A DNA stretch of 62,828 bases, counting the filler, from Globobulimina sp. (Eukaryota): assembly GCA_003354225.1 (NCBI GenBank). It is 16 parts of 16 records of this genome, joined end to end, with 100 filler letters (N's around TTAATTAATTAA, not from the genome) between each part and the next. Parts side by side here need not be neighbours in the genome. Positions count along the whole stretch, not along the records: positions 7,878 to 11,713 come from PIVH01002016.1; positions 11,814 to 15,649 come from PIVH01002017.1; positions 15,750 to 19,584 come from PIVH01002018.1; positions 19,685 to 23,519 come from PIVH01002019.1; positions 23,620 to 27,453 come from PIVH01002020.1; 11 more parts are not named here. One strand, given 5' to 3'. Shown here one piece after another: positions 11,699 to 25,083 of this stretch; positions within the stretch are counted from its first letter, which is position 1; each line of letters opens with the position of its first letter. The notes under the pieces were generated by a model that saw nothing but the letters and a program-made list of their open reading frames with translations, was not told the origin of the DNA and made no database searches. Both the position numbers and the translations under genes were made by a program.

Positions 11699-11813
11699 GT
11701 TTCATTTATCATANNNNNNNNNNNNNNNNNNNNNNNNNNNNNNNNNNNNNNNNNNNNTTAATTAATTAANNNNNNNNNNNNNNNNNNNNNNNNNNNNNNN
11801 NNNNNNNNNNNNN

Positions 11814-14800
11814 TGTCAGAGATTACTTTCTGGCGAAGCAGGAATGCATTGTTGAGTGGTTTATGGGAACAATTAACTCGAACTGAATTTCGTTTAATGA
11901 TCAACGTATTAGAAAAAGCAGCCACTGTTCGGGTCCAGCCATTCTCCCTTCAGCTAAAAGAATTACTCCATTTATATACTGAGGCCAAGGATAATGTTAA
12001 ATTTTTGGCAACTTTGGAAAGGCATTTTAAAAATATTGAATGTGGTAACTTGCAAACTATGATCGAAACAATTCCATCGATGTTGAATGCATTGCGTATG
12101 GTTTGGATCATATCTCGTCATTACAACACCGATGAACGTATGGTGCCTTTAATGGATTTGATTGCCATTGAAATCTCCGAAAAAGTTGCAAGCAAAATAA
12201 ATATCCGCACCATCTCATATTGTTCGCCTGAACAAGCAATGAATATTATCTCTTTCGGAAAAAAAGTGTTAAATCTATGGTCTTCGTCATACCACGAACA
12301 ACGAGAACTAATCTTCAATTCTGGTACAGATCATCGATGGGAATTTGATCGCAAATTATTGTTTGAACAAACGACTTATACCGCCAGAATCTGCAACGAT
12401 TTATACAGTGTGGCTGAGGTTTTGGGGCAATTCCAGAAGTTTTTAGGTCCGCGTTTGAAGGAAGTGACCAAAGACCACAAAGAAATCGATGAGTTGACCA
12501 ATAAAGTGCAGCAATTGAAGAAATCGTTGGAGAATTTACCATTTAATATATTCGACCGTAGATATAATGCTTCGTGGGAACAAATGATGAAATCGTTTTG
12601 GACAAAAGTCAATGAAATCGAAGAAAGATGCAAAACATTGATCGATACTTCATTTCAGAAATTAAGATCGGCGGAAGGTGCCTTTGATTTGTTGTTGGAT
12701 TTTAAAAATATTGAATGTAGAAAAAGCATCCAACAGCAAATGATGAAGAAATTTAAAGACATTTTGGTGCAGTTTGGTCGGGAGATTGATTTGGCGCATG
12801 GCATATTTAACGAATATAAAAATAATCCACCAATCACCAAAGACCAGGCAAAGGTTTCCGGCTCAATTCAATGGAGTCGCTCCTTATATGCGCGAATAAA
12901 ACATGTTGTGATTCGATTTCAAGAAGCAAAGGATTTGTACGAATCGGATGAATTTCAATTGGTCAAAGAACAATATTTAAATACAGCCAAACAAATTGTA
13001 AATTACGAAGAGGAGTTATTTAAGAATTGGTGCAAAATGGTGCAGGAGACAGTGGATAATTTATTGAAAGAACCGATTTTAGCCAGACATTATAATTCCA
13101 ATCAAAGTGTAATTTTACAACAACAACAATTTGCAAATAATAATAACAGCCGAATGCGACGCAAAAGTAATCTGAATAAGAACAGTGTGAATCAATCACG
13201 ATTAAGTGCTACAAATATTAGTATGAATGCATCACAATCACAAAATAATAACATATCAATGAATAATCTAAACGATGAAAATTTTAATTCATCAAATATT
13301 AAAATAACATCATGCGAATATAAGGATGACGAGAAAGTATCGGCGATAATACAATTTAAATCCTCCTCTGACCGCAAGAACGGGCTGCTTTTGGGCTGCC
13401 TATATATCAGAAGTCATAAAGCAAAATTACGATTCGATAAGATGATGCATATGGATATGAGAGCGACCATTGGTAGCGACGGCAATGGGCATTTAAGCAG
13501 CAATGTCAATGATATGTTGTATAATTTTAATGACGCGATATTGGTAATGAATAATAAGGAGCATATAGTAATTAATAATTCATTGAAGATATTTGAATTA
13601 ATACGCGAATCCATCTTTGATTGGATGGCCTCGCATAAAAAAACTGATATTAAATTAAATCCGATATCATTGAGATTAAGTAAATATATTTCAGAGTGTT
13701 TGCAAGAATGGTTGGCATTGAATGAATTTATGTCAATGAAAGTGAACTTTGATCCAAAATTAATTGAAATTGGAAGGGAGTCCAAATATTTGGATAGAAT
13801 GGGATTTGATATTTGCGATTCTGCACAAAAAGTATTTTTACAAGAATCGAAATTCTTGGTTGCTATCGATCGATTGCAGGATATGTTAAATAATTATGAA
13901 TCTGTGATAAAACCACTCAAATATCATGAAAGATGTGCAGTGCGGAGATGTTTTAAGTCACTGTACAAAACCTTACGTCCAGCATTTGAACACTTAAACT
14001 GGAATTCACTCGGCATCTCCTCCTTTATCGAACAATCCGTGAAAGCCATACAAGATTTCAATGGCATTGTTAGCCGAATGAAGCAATCCTTATTACAAAT
14101 TGATAAAAAAATAGCAATCATATCGTCTGCAGTTTTAGTGGATATTGAAATGTTTCGAAAAGCAAATAAAATCGTACGAATTGATGATTTATGTCGAAAA
14201 ATCGAGGATTATCGATCAGAAACCACCGATAAAATGTTGGTTGAATATGAAGCAATTATTCCTTTATTAGGTAAGATTGAATCTGTTGTAGTTCAGTCAG
14301 AAACGAAATGTCATCCCGTTTTAAAGGAATTATATACTTTCGTGGAGATGCAAACATATAATTCTTTGGTAACATCGGTAGTAAACGGATGCAATGATTT
14401 AAAATTAATATTACAATTAAAAAAACCAATAAATTATATCCGACATATTTTAGTAAATGCAGACACAGAAAATAAAGAGCATAAGAAAAGAAGCCATCCC
14501 TCGTCGTCACATTCACACAAACAAAATAAAGAAAAAGCAAACAACAACAACAACAATAATAAGAACACCATTCAAATGATACATCATAATTTCATTCAAC
14601 AACAATGTAAGCCATTAATAAATATCTCATTTGTCATGGATTCGCCGCCTGAAATTGGTATAATTCCTCGTATCCCCGATATACATAAATCTTTTTCTAC
14701 ATTATTGAAGTCAATAATATTTACGGCATATTCCTTTGCGAGATGGCAGAAACATTCCTGCATTTTATCGACACCAATTCAAGTGTATGGCGAAGATGAC

Positions 14801-15649
14801 ATGAAACTGTATACATTTCATGCTGATATCAAAGATGATTTGCGAGTGAAAAATGCATTTCACAGAGTATCCCAAATCATACAAAAGGCATTTACTGCAG
14901 TACAGCAGTTAGTAAATCAATGGAGGAAATATGATACGATTTATAATTTATGGGATAATCGCACATTATCACATATTGACAGACTGCGGAATAAAGAGCT
15001 CGACAATCATCAATTAATCAAAAATGTTAATTATTTTGATAGACATATTCAGCCATATTTTAATTTATGGAATAATTGTGATTCAATCGCAATATATCAC
15101 ACTGTGAATTTTTTACGCATAGATGTGTCCGCATTAATTGTCGAAGTCAAAAAAAAAGGAAGAGAGTGGATTGACAAATATTGTTCGATTTTATTGGAAG
15201 ATGCTTCCAAACAATTAATGGATGTCAACGCTGAAATTACGAAATTTGAAAAGGATTTATATGAAAAAACCGGGACTATCGATGAGTTACAATTTGTGCT
15301 ATCAACAATACAAAATATTCAACGTAGCAATCTGAAAATATTATTAATGTTTGAAAATATAATCGAAAAATATCGCTGTTTAAACATTTATAAATATTCA
15401 TTGATTCCGGACGAAAATAGTAAAATATTAAGTAATATGCAAGAAAGATGGAAATGTTTAATTTTTGAATCAAAGAAAAGAGATATTGAATTGTTACGAG
15501 TTAAACAGAAATTTACTTTTGTTACCAAAGAATTGGTGAAGACGTTTATGGAAAGAACAAATTCGGTGAAACAAGAATTTATTCAAAATGGTCCAGATCA
15601 AAATGCTATTTCCTTAGAAAAGGGGTGCAAATTAATGGAAGAATATGCG
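11814..15649 (+). CDS. DNAH10: Axonemal dynein heavy chain N-terminal tail (DNAH10 / inner-arm I1-alpha-like), internal fragment
   Basis: EAKDNVKFLATLERHFKNI, ALRMVWIISRHYNTDERMVPLM, RWEFDRKLLFEQT and FQKLRSAEGAFDLL. Open across the whole contig. Confidence 0.85.
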
Positions 15650-15749
15650 NNNNNNNNNNNNNNNNNNNNNNNNNNNNNNNNNNNNNNNNNNNNTTAATTA
15701 ATTAANNNNNNNNNNNNNNNNNNNNNNNNNNNNNNNNNNNNNNNNNNNN

Positions 15750-18700
15750 CAAACAATAATCGCCTTTGATCTCTATTTAATTTTTCCAGTTGATTTATTC
15801 TATTGACATTCGTATTTGTATCCACTTCAATAGTTGACAGAAAATGTTTCAATTTTTCTTTTACCATTTTGCGTCTCACTTCATTTCCATACACAACAAT
15901 ATATAAATTCGGCATTATTCTACTTGCAACCTTGCGTTGTGTGTCCTGATTAAATAACAATAATTGTGTTGTATCGCTTCCATCAACACAACAAACATTC
16001 ACTCCCATCTTATTTTGTTGTTTATATATATTTGAATTCCAAGTGTTGACATTTAATAAATCAATTTCTGTCTCATATGCTTGAACTAAATCCAATACAA
16101 CTCGACATTCCTCAGAGATATATGTCAACAATGATTTATTTGATATGCCCTCAACATTGCCATGCGTGGTGGAGAAAAATGTATGTCCCAATATTTGTGC
16201 TGAATAATCATTAATTTCTAGATATTCTATATTCATTAATACATCTTTTATTAAATCATATGCAATATTTATTTGAGTTTCATTTCCTAATAAATAAATC
16301 TTATTATTTTTTTCATCCATTTCCACATCGACACTGCTCATTTTCTCAATCATTTCTATCCTGGATTCTGTTGCTGTATCTTCTTCCTTTTCTTTCTCTT
16401 TCTTTTTTGCCTTAATGCTCTTATCATATTCGTCATCGTTCAGCATCATCAATGTATCCATTTCCTTTTCTTGTTTCAGATATTCAACGGTATCCAATTC
16501 AAATGGTAAATTTTCCTGCAATAATATTGTTAAATGACGTCCCAAATCCAGTGACACTAACACATTATTTGCATGATCCAAATATTTGCTAAACAAATCA
16601 AATTGACCCTGTAATGTATCTGTATCTGTATCTGTTGCATTCGTTTCTTGTCTGATAACCATCGGGACGATGGAAGCCCAGATACATTGTTTTATATCAT
16701 CAAACCAAAAATATATACCTGGATATTCTTGTTCGTATTTCATCAAAAACCTGTAAATCAACATTGCTTTACGTTTATCCCCACCGTACATTGCACGAAT
16801 ATTCTAACAATAAAGAGATAAAAATATATATCACAATTCAGCAAAACAAATATAATATAATTAACTTTACAGAATCGAGTGAGTATTTTTTGTACAAATT
16901 GTACGTTTTCTACAGTTCCAATCACAACGATCTCCTTCAAACTTTGTGAATTTATAAACACATCAAAATATTTACTTAAAGGATGTAATATTAATTGCTT
17001 CACTTCCAACGGTAATAAAAACTCATTCAAATATAAATGGGTCACATATTCATTCACATTAAATGCTAACAACTGATGATGTGATAAATATGCATTCAAT
17101 TCATTGACTAACTTATCTTTCAAGTCTCTATTATCATAAATTACATTCACATTATTTTGCTGTGGATTTACAATAATATCGCATTCATATTTACTCTGTA
17201 ATTCATCCGTAATATGGTGCACTAATTGTAATTGTTTTGGATTAACATCAATGCATTCCACGCTCGAATATAAATCTAATAATAATTGTTTCGCAATTTC
17301 TAGATTTTGGGCATTTTTGGAGATTAAAATCGGAATTCCCTTCTTTAAATTAAATGTTTTGACTCCAGTTTCGTCAAAAATCGTTTTTACATTTTCTTTA
17401 ACAATGCCATGCGTTATACTCAGCCAATTATCTTTCTCCAAATTGTCAATCTTAACCAACTTAAATTGTTGTAAATATATTTGAATATCTTTATTTATCG
17501 CAGCAATCATTTCTTGTAATCCATAAAATATCAATTCGCACTTTTTATTATCCCAAAAATATTGCAATCCGCGATATTTATTCAACACATTTTTAAATTC
17601 TTTATTATTTAACACATCCATCAAAAACCATTTTATTTGTTTATTTTTAATGATTTCCCTATTTATTTCTTGCAAATTATAATCAAACTCTAACTCTTTA
17701 AATCCATCAAAGGCTCTCCAGCAATATTTAAAACATAATGCTTTTAATTTCTCTTTCACGCTTTTTATATCTTTGCAATTTGAGATATAAATATTATTCT
17801 TATCATCAAACGTTAAAATACATTCTAACTCTCTTTCTAATTTATGAATCAATGCGGAATGGTCAAGTTTTTCATATCTATACATAAAAGGTTTGACGTC
17901 CACTTCCTTTGCGGTGTCCATTTCCTCCTCATTAATATCATCAATTTGCTGTAAATCATCCATACGAATTTGCAACCGGTTACTTTTATATTCTTTAACA
18001 TTTCTTTTTCGTTTTTGTTTTTCAAGTTTAATAAAATATTCTTTCTTCTGTTTCTCATAATTTATGCTTTGAAAAATAGCTCGAAATTCCAAATCAGACA
18101 ATGGCAAAATATGCGTTGCTGACACAACATCATTCACATATTTTCGAACTGCATTCTTCGATTCTTTGTCCCCAAAAATCATTAATTTATTTTGCCATTC
18201 CATCTTAAACTCAATTTTTGGGGTAATCCATTTTCGAATATTTGATAATTTCTCAATTTGTGCGTCAATACTTTCCCGTTCTTTTATAGGGTCTTTTGCA
18301 GGTTTAACTTGCCATTTTTTCCACATTCCCGCGGTACTCATCGCGTCTTTGTCTTTCTCCTCTAATTTCGCATATTTTTGTAATTTCCTCTCTTTCCATC
18401 GCAACATCATCTCTTTGCTTTCCTTTTCCTTCAATTCATTTTTCTCATTCCTTGTTTTTGAGTGTTTGTACGTAAATATTGTAGCTCCGCATTCATTTTG
18501 TAAGTTTTCTATCATTTTGCCTTTAAAACCAACAATCGCAGCATAATATTTTGGATCAATATCAATCACATCAATGTTCTGTACATTTATTTATTTATAG
18601 ATTCATCTCTGAACCAATCAGACACTACAAAATAATGAATATAAATAACTTATGATTACATCCAAAAATGTTTGTAAAAATTGAGTAGCTTTCAAAGTCC

Positions 18701-19584
18701 GCCATTTTTCAGCGCCATACACCCATAAAAGGCCAGGTTTATTAAAATCTTCCCACGCTCTCGACCCTGTCAATGTAAATACTTTCCAATAAAGCCACGG
18801 AAACTGCCATAATATAATCGGTAATTTTTTATCGCCAATCAACAACGTAAAACATGACTGCATATTTATTCACTTATAGCACAAATCAAACTCATTTATA
18901 ATTATCAACGTACCTTTGCTAATTCATTCATTTTATTTTGTACCAATTGTTTGCAAGAATCAGTTCCATACAGCACCAAATCTGTGCTCCCGTCCGACTG
19001 TCTCGTAAATGCAGAAGATAACAAATATGAGTCAACAAATTTAGATAATTTTTCTAATCTATTTTCAGTTAAAAATGATGGCATTAATTCATTAAATTCC
19101 TTTGTTTGCTCCAAATCAGTTTTGTTATCTACGGTTACAACGTCGCCAATCAATGCTGTTTTTTCTCGCATCGCATGGATGTATTTAGTGCTTTCAGTCA
19201 GTGCAGGATCGACAAACCGTTTAATGCGCCTTGTATTTGTATGTTGTATGTCATATAACAAATCGTTGAATTTTGACAACGATCGTTTTCTGCTAAAAAA
19301 TACGCGGCGATTTTGCAATGTCAAATGTTGTAGAATGTGGTTGGGAATTCCTGGTATTTTAATGGAGCATTCTTGTCGCATCTGAATGTATAAAATGTCA
19401 ACCAATCAAAGTTTTGGTTTTAAAAACAAATAACATACATTTTCAATGTAATTATATAACTGCAGTGCATGTTTAATGTCATCTTTTTTGCCTTCAAATA
19501 GCACGGATCCGATAAACATATTTATTTCAGATTGCGATTGTTTGTTTTTAGTGTTTTTATTTGATTGGTTGTTTAATAGAAATG
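15750..19584 (-). CDS. Large multi-KH-domain (vigilin-like, mostly degenerate) protein, internal fragment with at least 4 introns
   Basis: Canonical KH IDIDPKYYAAIVGFKGKMIENLQNECGATI plus repeated degenerate KH-like segments. In-frame introns at 16804-16865, 18579-18659 and 18858-18913, and one more upstream. Confidence 0.65.
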
Positions 19585-19690
19585 NNNNNNNNNNNNNNNN
19601 NNNNNNNNNNNNNNNNNNNNNNNNNNNNTTAATTAATTAANNNNNNNNNNNNNNNNNNNNNNNNNNNNNNNNNNNNNNNNNNNNCACACG

Positions 19691-19912
19691 TTAGTTTGAG
19701 ACGCACAAAACATCTCTGTCTGCATCATTGTCGCACCTGTCGTTAATGTCGTTAACATTATCCTTCCGATCGAGAAGCAAGTTCACGACATTCAGGTGAC
19801 CGTTGTGTGCCGCCCGGTGGAGTGCTGTGTTGGAATTCTCGTCACAGTCCGTCAAACATGCGCCACTTGTCATCTCCAGCAGGCACTTACAAACACTGTT
19901 AAACAATAGCAT
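19691..19912 (-). pseudogene. Isolated ankyrin-repeat fragment
   Basis: DENSNTALHRAAHNGHLNVVNLLL is one good ankyrin repeat followed by a stop. No clear gene model. Confidence 0.45.
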
Positions 19913-20023
19913 CGTTGTATTATAATAACCAGTTTACTTGCGAATTTAGACCGAATTATCCATGGATCATCACCTTCGAATTCATCATCAAATTGTTCTG
20001 AGAATGTAAAAAGTGAACGTTAT

Positions 20024-21103
20024 GATTTTGGAAACGTATCACTTGTTAATTTATATGGTTCTCATTATCAAATGGGTTTTGAATACGGTTCATTGCTTCA
20101 AAACGAATTACAAATGTCATTAGATATTCTTTTAGATTTTTTTATAAACGAAAAAGGAATGACATATCAGCAACTAACACATGAATCAAATTTATTCCAT
20201 CAACGATATTCCTATTCTTTTAAACTTTTTTTACAAGGAATGGCTGCTGGTTCTCGATTGTCATTGAATGATTGCAAAATATTGAATGGCATGGAAACCA
20301 TTCAAGTTATGACTGAAAACGATTTCATTTTAGGCAAATGTGCGTTTATATCAATTCCGCCAACTATGACTCAAAACAATTCAACATTAATTGGCAGAAA
20401 TTATGATTTTCCACCACCGTTTGACAAAATTGCCAAACATTTGGTCATTACAATACTGCATCAAACTGACACAATTCCAACAGCAATCATTGCAATGCCG
20501 GGACAAATTTATTGTCCGTCCTGTCTCAACAAACAAGGCATTTTTATGGAATTAAACAATGGATTTTCATCTGGAGGCTTCGTGATTGATTATCAGAGAC
20601 AGACATTGTTGATAAAAATGTTGGAAGTATTGCAAAACTCAAATTGCATGAATGATGTTGCTGTGATGATGAATTCATTCCGCTCCGATTATTCATTGAT
20701 TGTCAATGTTAATGATCCGCATAATAATGGAATATCATACGAATATTCAACAACGTTAGGAATGAAGCACTATTTATTTAGCAAAACAAATAAAAATACA
20801 GCATTTGTGTCTACGAATTTTTTTTTGAATGACACATGGACAGACACTCCAATTCCAACTGATAATAATACAGCGTGGTCAGCTGTGACTCGCAGGAATA
20901 ATTTATTAAATTTAGCAGCAACAAAAAATATTTTCAATGTTGATGAGTTGAAGCAAATAATGGATGTTCGAATAGAAAATGGCGGCGCAGTGCATAATAA
21001 TACTATTTATCAAATTATATTTGATACAGATTCATTTTCGTTGTTTGTTAGAAATAAATTTCAAGAAAATTGGGAACAGATTAATTTGAATGATTTTTGG
21101 TGA
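20024..21103 (+). CDS. C45-family (penicillin acyltransferase / AAT-like) Ntn-hydrolase; true start uncertain
   Basis: In-frame upstream VSLVNLYGSHYQMGFEYG, putative nucleophile GKCAF, TLIGRNYDF, CLNKQGIFMELNNG and STNFF. No intron in this stretch. The frame is open upstream of ATG 20072. Confidence 0.8.
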   Translation, partial: DFGNVSLVNLYGSHYQMGFEYGSLLQNELQMSLDILLDFFINEKGMTYQQLTHESNLFHQRYSYSFKLFLQGMAAGSRLSLNDCKILNGMETIQVMTENDFILGKCAFISIPPTMTQNNSTLIGRNYDFPPPFDKIAKHLVITILHQTDTIPTAIIAMPGQIYCPSCLNKQGIFMELNNGFSSGGFVIDYQRQTLLIKMLEVLQNSNCMNDVAVMMNSFRSDYSLIVNVNDPHNNGISYEYSTTLGMKHYLFSKTNKNTAFVSTNFFLNDTWTDTPIPTDNNTAWSAVTRRNNLLNLAATKNIFNVDELKQIMDVRIENGGAVHNNTIYQIIFDTDSFSLFVRNKFQENWEQINLNDFW

Positions 21104-21586
21104 ATTATTGAATTTTGGTTCATGTAATTAATATTACTGTACATGCCGATTTTGTGAGCTTTCTTTACATGCCGATTATTGAATTTTGTACAACACTTTA
21201 ATTTCTTTGCTGTTTTAAAAATGTCGATTTTGTGAGCTTTCATCCAAGTATCCCACTCCACTGTGTTTACATAAAAAAGCAGCTGAGGATTGCCTATCAA
21301 AACCTGTTGACACGCCACCGCTAAAATTTAATCATATCACAGGCGTTGTTTGCTTAGATTAGCTAAATTTAACATAAACTTTGTGAAAAACACAAATAAA
21401 AAAATAAAAGAAAAAAAATTAACACACACACACTCTAAACAGTCAATTTTATTATCCATTGATACTAGTCGTAGTATAAAATTTGCAATAAAACCATGCA
21501 GGCTTTTCCCTCAAACTTAACTGGAAAAATCCAAACAACAACAAAAAAATGAATGATTTTACGACAAATTATAATTTCAAAAGCAA

Positions 21587-22688
21587 TCAGTGATTTTCTA
21601 CATAATCATGTAACGATATTTCTGTATCGATTGGGTTTTCTTTATTTTCCATTTCAACACTGTTCCTATTGTCATTGGTTGCGGATTCAATGAATTCATC
21701 CTCTTCATATGCATTTAAATGTGTGATCGTTTTCTGCGTTTTCAAGAACTCAGTTCTTATTTTTTGTTTATCCTCATTTGACATTGTCGCAGCACATAAT
21801 TTACAGCACATTAATCTAAAAGATGCCAATTTGGATACAATTGGTACTGCCAAACAACAAAGTTTGGAAAATTTTACTTGATTCCAACCATTTAATAACG
21901 CCACACACAACGAGTTAATAACCATATCAATCATAGCTGATAAAGCAATGTCAACCAACGCAGTTATCAAAGTATGTACAAAGGTGGAAAATACAGCAAC
22001 CATCGTCAATGTCGCATATTTATGCGTTAGTAACTTCATATTTTTATGTATCTTACTATTTGGTGAAGACATATCTAACATGAGCTTTGTCATTGGTTTT
22101 AAGAATAAAATCAATGTAGTAAAGGAAACAAATTGATCAATGACAACACCGAAACCAAGAACCTGTAGTGGTATATTTGGAGTGCAGACCCGGAGCTTCT
22201 TTGTTGCATTAATTGCATAGTAAACAGTTTCTGCGCTGGTGAAGATATAAACGAATATTGAAAATGCAATGGTTTCCACCAAAATTAATGAGCTAAAAAC
22301 AATTAAAAATGTGTCACTATATTTATATTGTGAGTTAGCATAAGCGGCATCTAATCGCAGTACAAATACTTGATACATAAAACAGTTGCCTAGGAACCAG
22401 GCAATGATACCGAAACGGGAATAGGTTAGACATGAAACCGATGTCCATTCCATATCATCCAATATAGCACATAAGCCAGCAAGAATATATATACATGAAA
22501 AATGTGATTATTAAAACTAATTTTGCTTTTTGAGATTTTCTTTTGTTTCTAGCTTTTTTCTGTTTTCTTGAATGGAAAATACAATTTTCTATGATTTCAT
22601 GGATGAATAATACAATGTGGATGATGCTTCCTGTCCACCATATTGTAAGTTTGAAATAAAACCATTGTTGGGTGTGTGCGAAATACAT
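21587..22688 (-). CDS. 7TM/GPCR-like membrane protein with an apparent +1 frameshift
   Basis: Two overlapping ORFs. Removing one base from the A5 run at 22498-22502 gives IITFSCIYILAGLCAILDDMEW. About 7 hydrophobic segments. Confidence 0.6.
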
Positions 22689-22924
22689 TCTGATAGCAAA
22701 AAACCTGGATCGGCAAAGTTTGTCCGGTGGTACGCTGGATATAATGTGGATTAATTGTAAAGGTATATGTTAGAAAGTGTTGGTAAATGTTTCAAGGACA
22801 GAAGATATTCTTTGTTCATTTTGTTTAACAGAAAGTGTTCATTTATTTACAAAACTGTCTTGGATTCACTCAATAACTTATCATTGCAAGATGAGTGTTT
22901 TGCAAATCATAAATAAACAACCAA

Positions 22925-23519
22925 TCATTTGTTTTTAATGAAAATCTTTTCTTCAACTTTTTGGTTTATTTTACCATAGCGGTAAAATATAATTATTGAT
23001 TGTTTTGTGTGCCAATTATAATAACTTTTTAAAAATTGCAAATGAATTTTTAAGCATACTATAATTCCGAACCAAAACTTGTTATCACAATTATTATGAT
23101 GTACATTTTTCCAATGTTTTTTTTGACATTTTCTATTGCAATACATTGCTTTCATACATCCACTGCATGACCGCAATTTTATTCCTTTTTTCATTCCACA
23201 ATGTCCACATTCCATTTTATTTAACTTTTTTATATAAAACATCTTTTTTTTACCATATCTCTCTACAAATGATGGTGTGATACAAAGTTCATTATCAATA
23301 TGACATAATTTATAAGCACGTCTTAAACATTTTAAACCGACTCCATATTCACCAAAATATTTGCAAACTGTACTTAAATATCGCAACGACAAAGATATCA
23401 TCACAAATGACGATGCATTGTCAATCGCATAAATAAATTCATATTTTGCATCCAAATATCTTTTATTTTGCAAATGCATTTTTCCATAAAGGAAAGCTAC
23501 GTTTTCTATAAGAAATTGA
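22925..23519 (-). CDS. MYND zinc-finger protein with TPR-like helices, 3' fragment
   Basis: CGHCG...LRSCSGCMKAMYCNRKCQKKHWKNVHHNNC. Confidence 0.88.
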
Positions 23520-23859
23520 NNNNNNNNNNNNNNNNNNNNNNNNNNNNNNNNNNNNNNNNNNNNTTAATTAATTAANNNNNNNNNNNNNNNNNNNNNNNNN
23601 NNNNNNNNNNNNNNNNNNNTTACCATTTTCGATAGCATCTACCCTTTTTTTTGTTGAATTTGTAAAAATGTAAATATCTTGATTTCTCAAAAAGCTTCAA
23701 AACCGTAAAAAGTCCAATTTCTCTAAAACTTTAAAAACTGTCAATTCTCTAAATGTCACTTTATTGTGAATATTGTGGCAGTGCTGTGGCGAAACGTACA
23801 TGATTGGAGTTTATTTCTTTATTCTATTGAATATTTTGAGCGAACCAACAAAGAAGAAA

Positions 23860-24592
23860 TTGAGCGAAGAATCGCGGCGATCATCAACAAAGAATTGCAA
23901 CATTAAAGAATAAGAATGAGATGAAAGAGTGTGAACTGTGAAGCAGAGTGTGCAGTGTTTGGCACTGTGTGGACTGTGAGCAGTCATTATGTGCAAAGTG
24001 TGAGGTTGATTTACATCGAAAAGGTGCGAGATTGCGGCATTGAAAGAAGAGAATTTATCTGATTTACAAAATGAAGATCATCGCTCTGAATGTAAATTTT
24101 GTTCACGTCGTTTCAATCCAGATCGAGTTGAAAAACATATGCGAATTAAATTTGTGTGAAAGCCATGAAAAAAAAGCGCAAAAACGGATTGAAGGCACTC
24201 CATTTGCAGCATATCAAAGAGTGGAAACAAAATGGTAGGAGATGGAAAATGAAACAACGGCCATCAAGCAAATACAGTTCAAAAAGCAGTGCAAAAAGAA
24301 AAGGCAACATTTCCGAGAACAACATTGTATTTCAGTCATTTTCAGATCAGCGGCACATTCGTTGCCTCGTGGCATTGATTTGGGTGTTAATGTGAATAAA
24401 ATGTTTGACGATGAAGCCGTAACAATGAGTGACTATGTTAAAAGAGAAAGATTGCGGCGACAAAGATGCGTTGAAAGCAATGTTGACAATCAACCAATTG
24501 GTGGAAGCACTGCAAATAAACCATCAAATTCCAGAGATTTAGCATCAAAAAGAGCTGCATATTTTGAGTCCTTGCTGCAAAATCAAGACTGA
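23860..24592 (+). pseudogene. Decayed B-box + C2HC zinc-finger (ZC2HC1-like) gene
   Basis: Pieces in shifting frames: ECEL/EAECAV, WHCVDCEQSLCAKCEVDLHRKGARLRH*, ECKFCSRRFNPDRVEKHMRI/CVKA, KRIEGTPF. At least 4 frameshifts or stops. Confidence 0.65.
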
Positions 24593-25083
24593 ATGGTTTT
24601 TTTTTTTGGGTAAAATCAAGATTGGTTAAATATTGAAAATGGGTAAAATCTATCTATGATTTTTAATCTTATAATTAGTAATTTATTATAATTACACAAT
24701 TATTACAACCTTCACTAAACGAGATATTCCAAAAGATAACCCCTGGTCATTTGGTTTGAAATTAAAATCCAGGAATGTATACAAATGGGGTTGTTCTGGA
24801 ATATATCGTTAATGACAATGTAATGAGTTTACATCCTGCCGTAATAAAACACTCTGTCATTGTAAGAGTGGAATTGCATGCATTGAAATCAATAACTCCT
24901 TGAATTGGCTTATTAGAAATGTCAACATCCCTCAAAGCCAATGGCTATTTGGTTTTTTTGCTTAACGATATATTTGAAGTTGTAACCAATACTTAAATTC
25001 AACAAAGATTCTGTATTAAAAATTAATATAAAAAATTTACAAGTTAATAAATTGTCTGTCAGAGTACAAATTAAAATTAAATC

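Noticed and set aside
21061-21318. 85-aa ORF with KAHKI repeated
   Set aside because: It is explained by a short local DNA duplication and shows no family motif.
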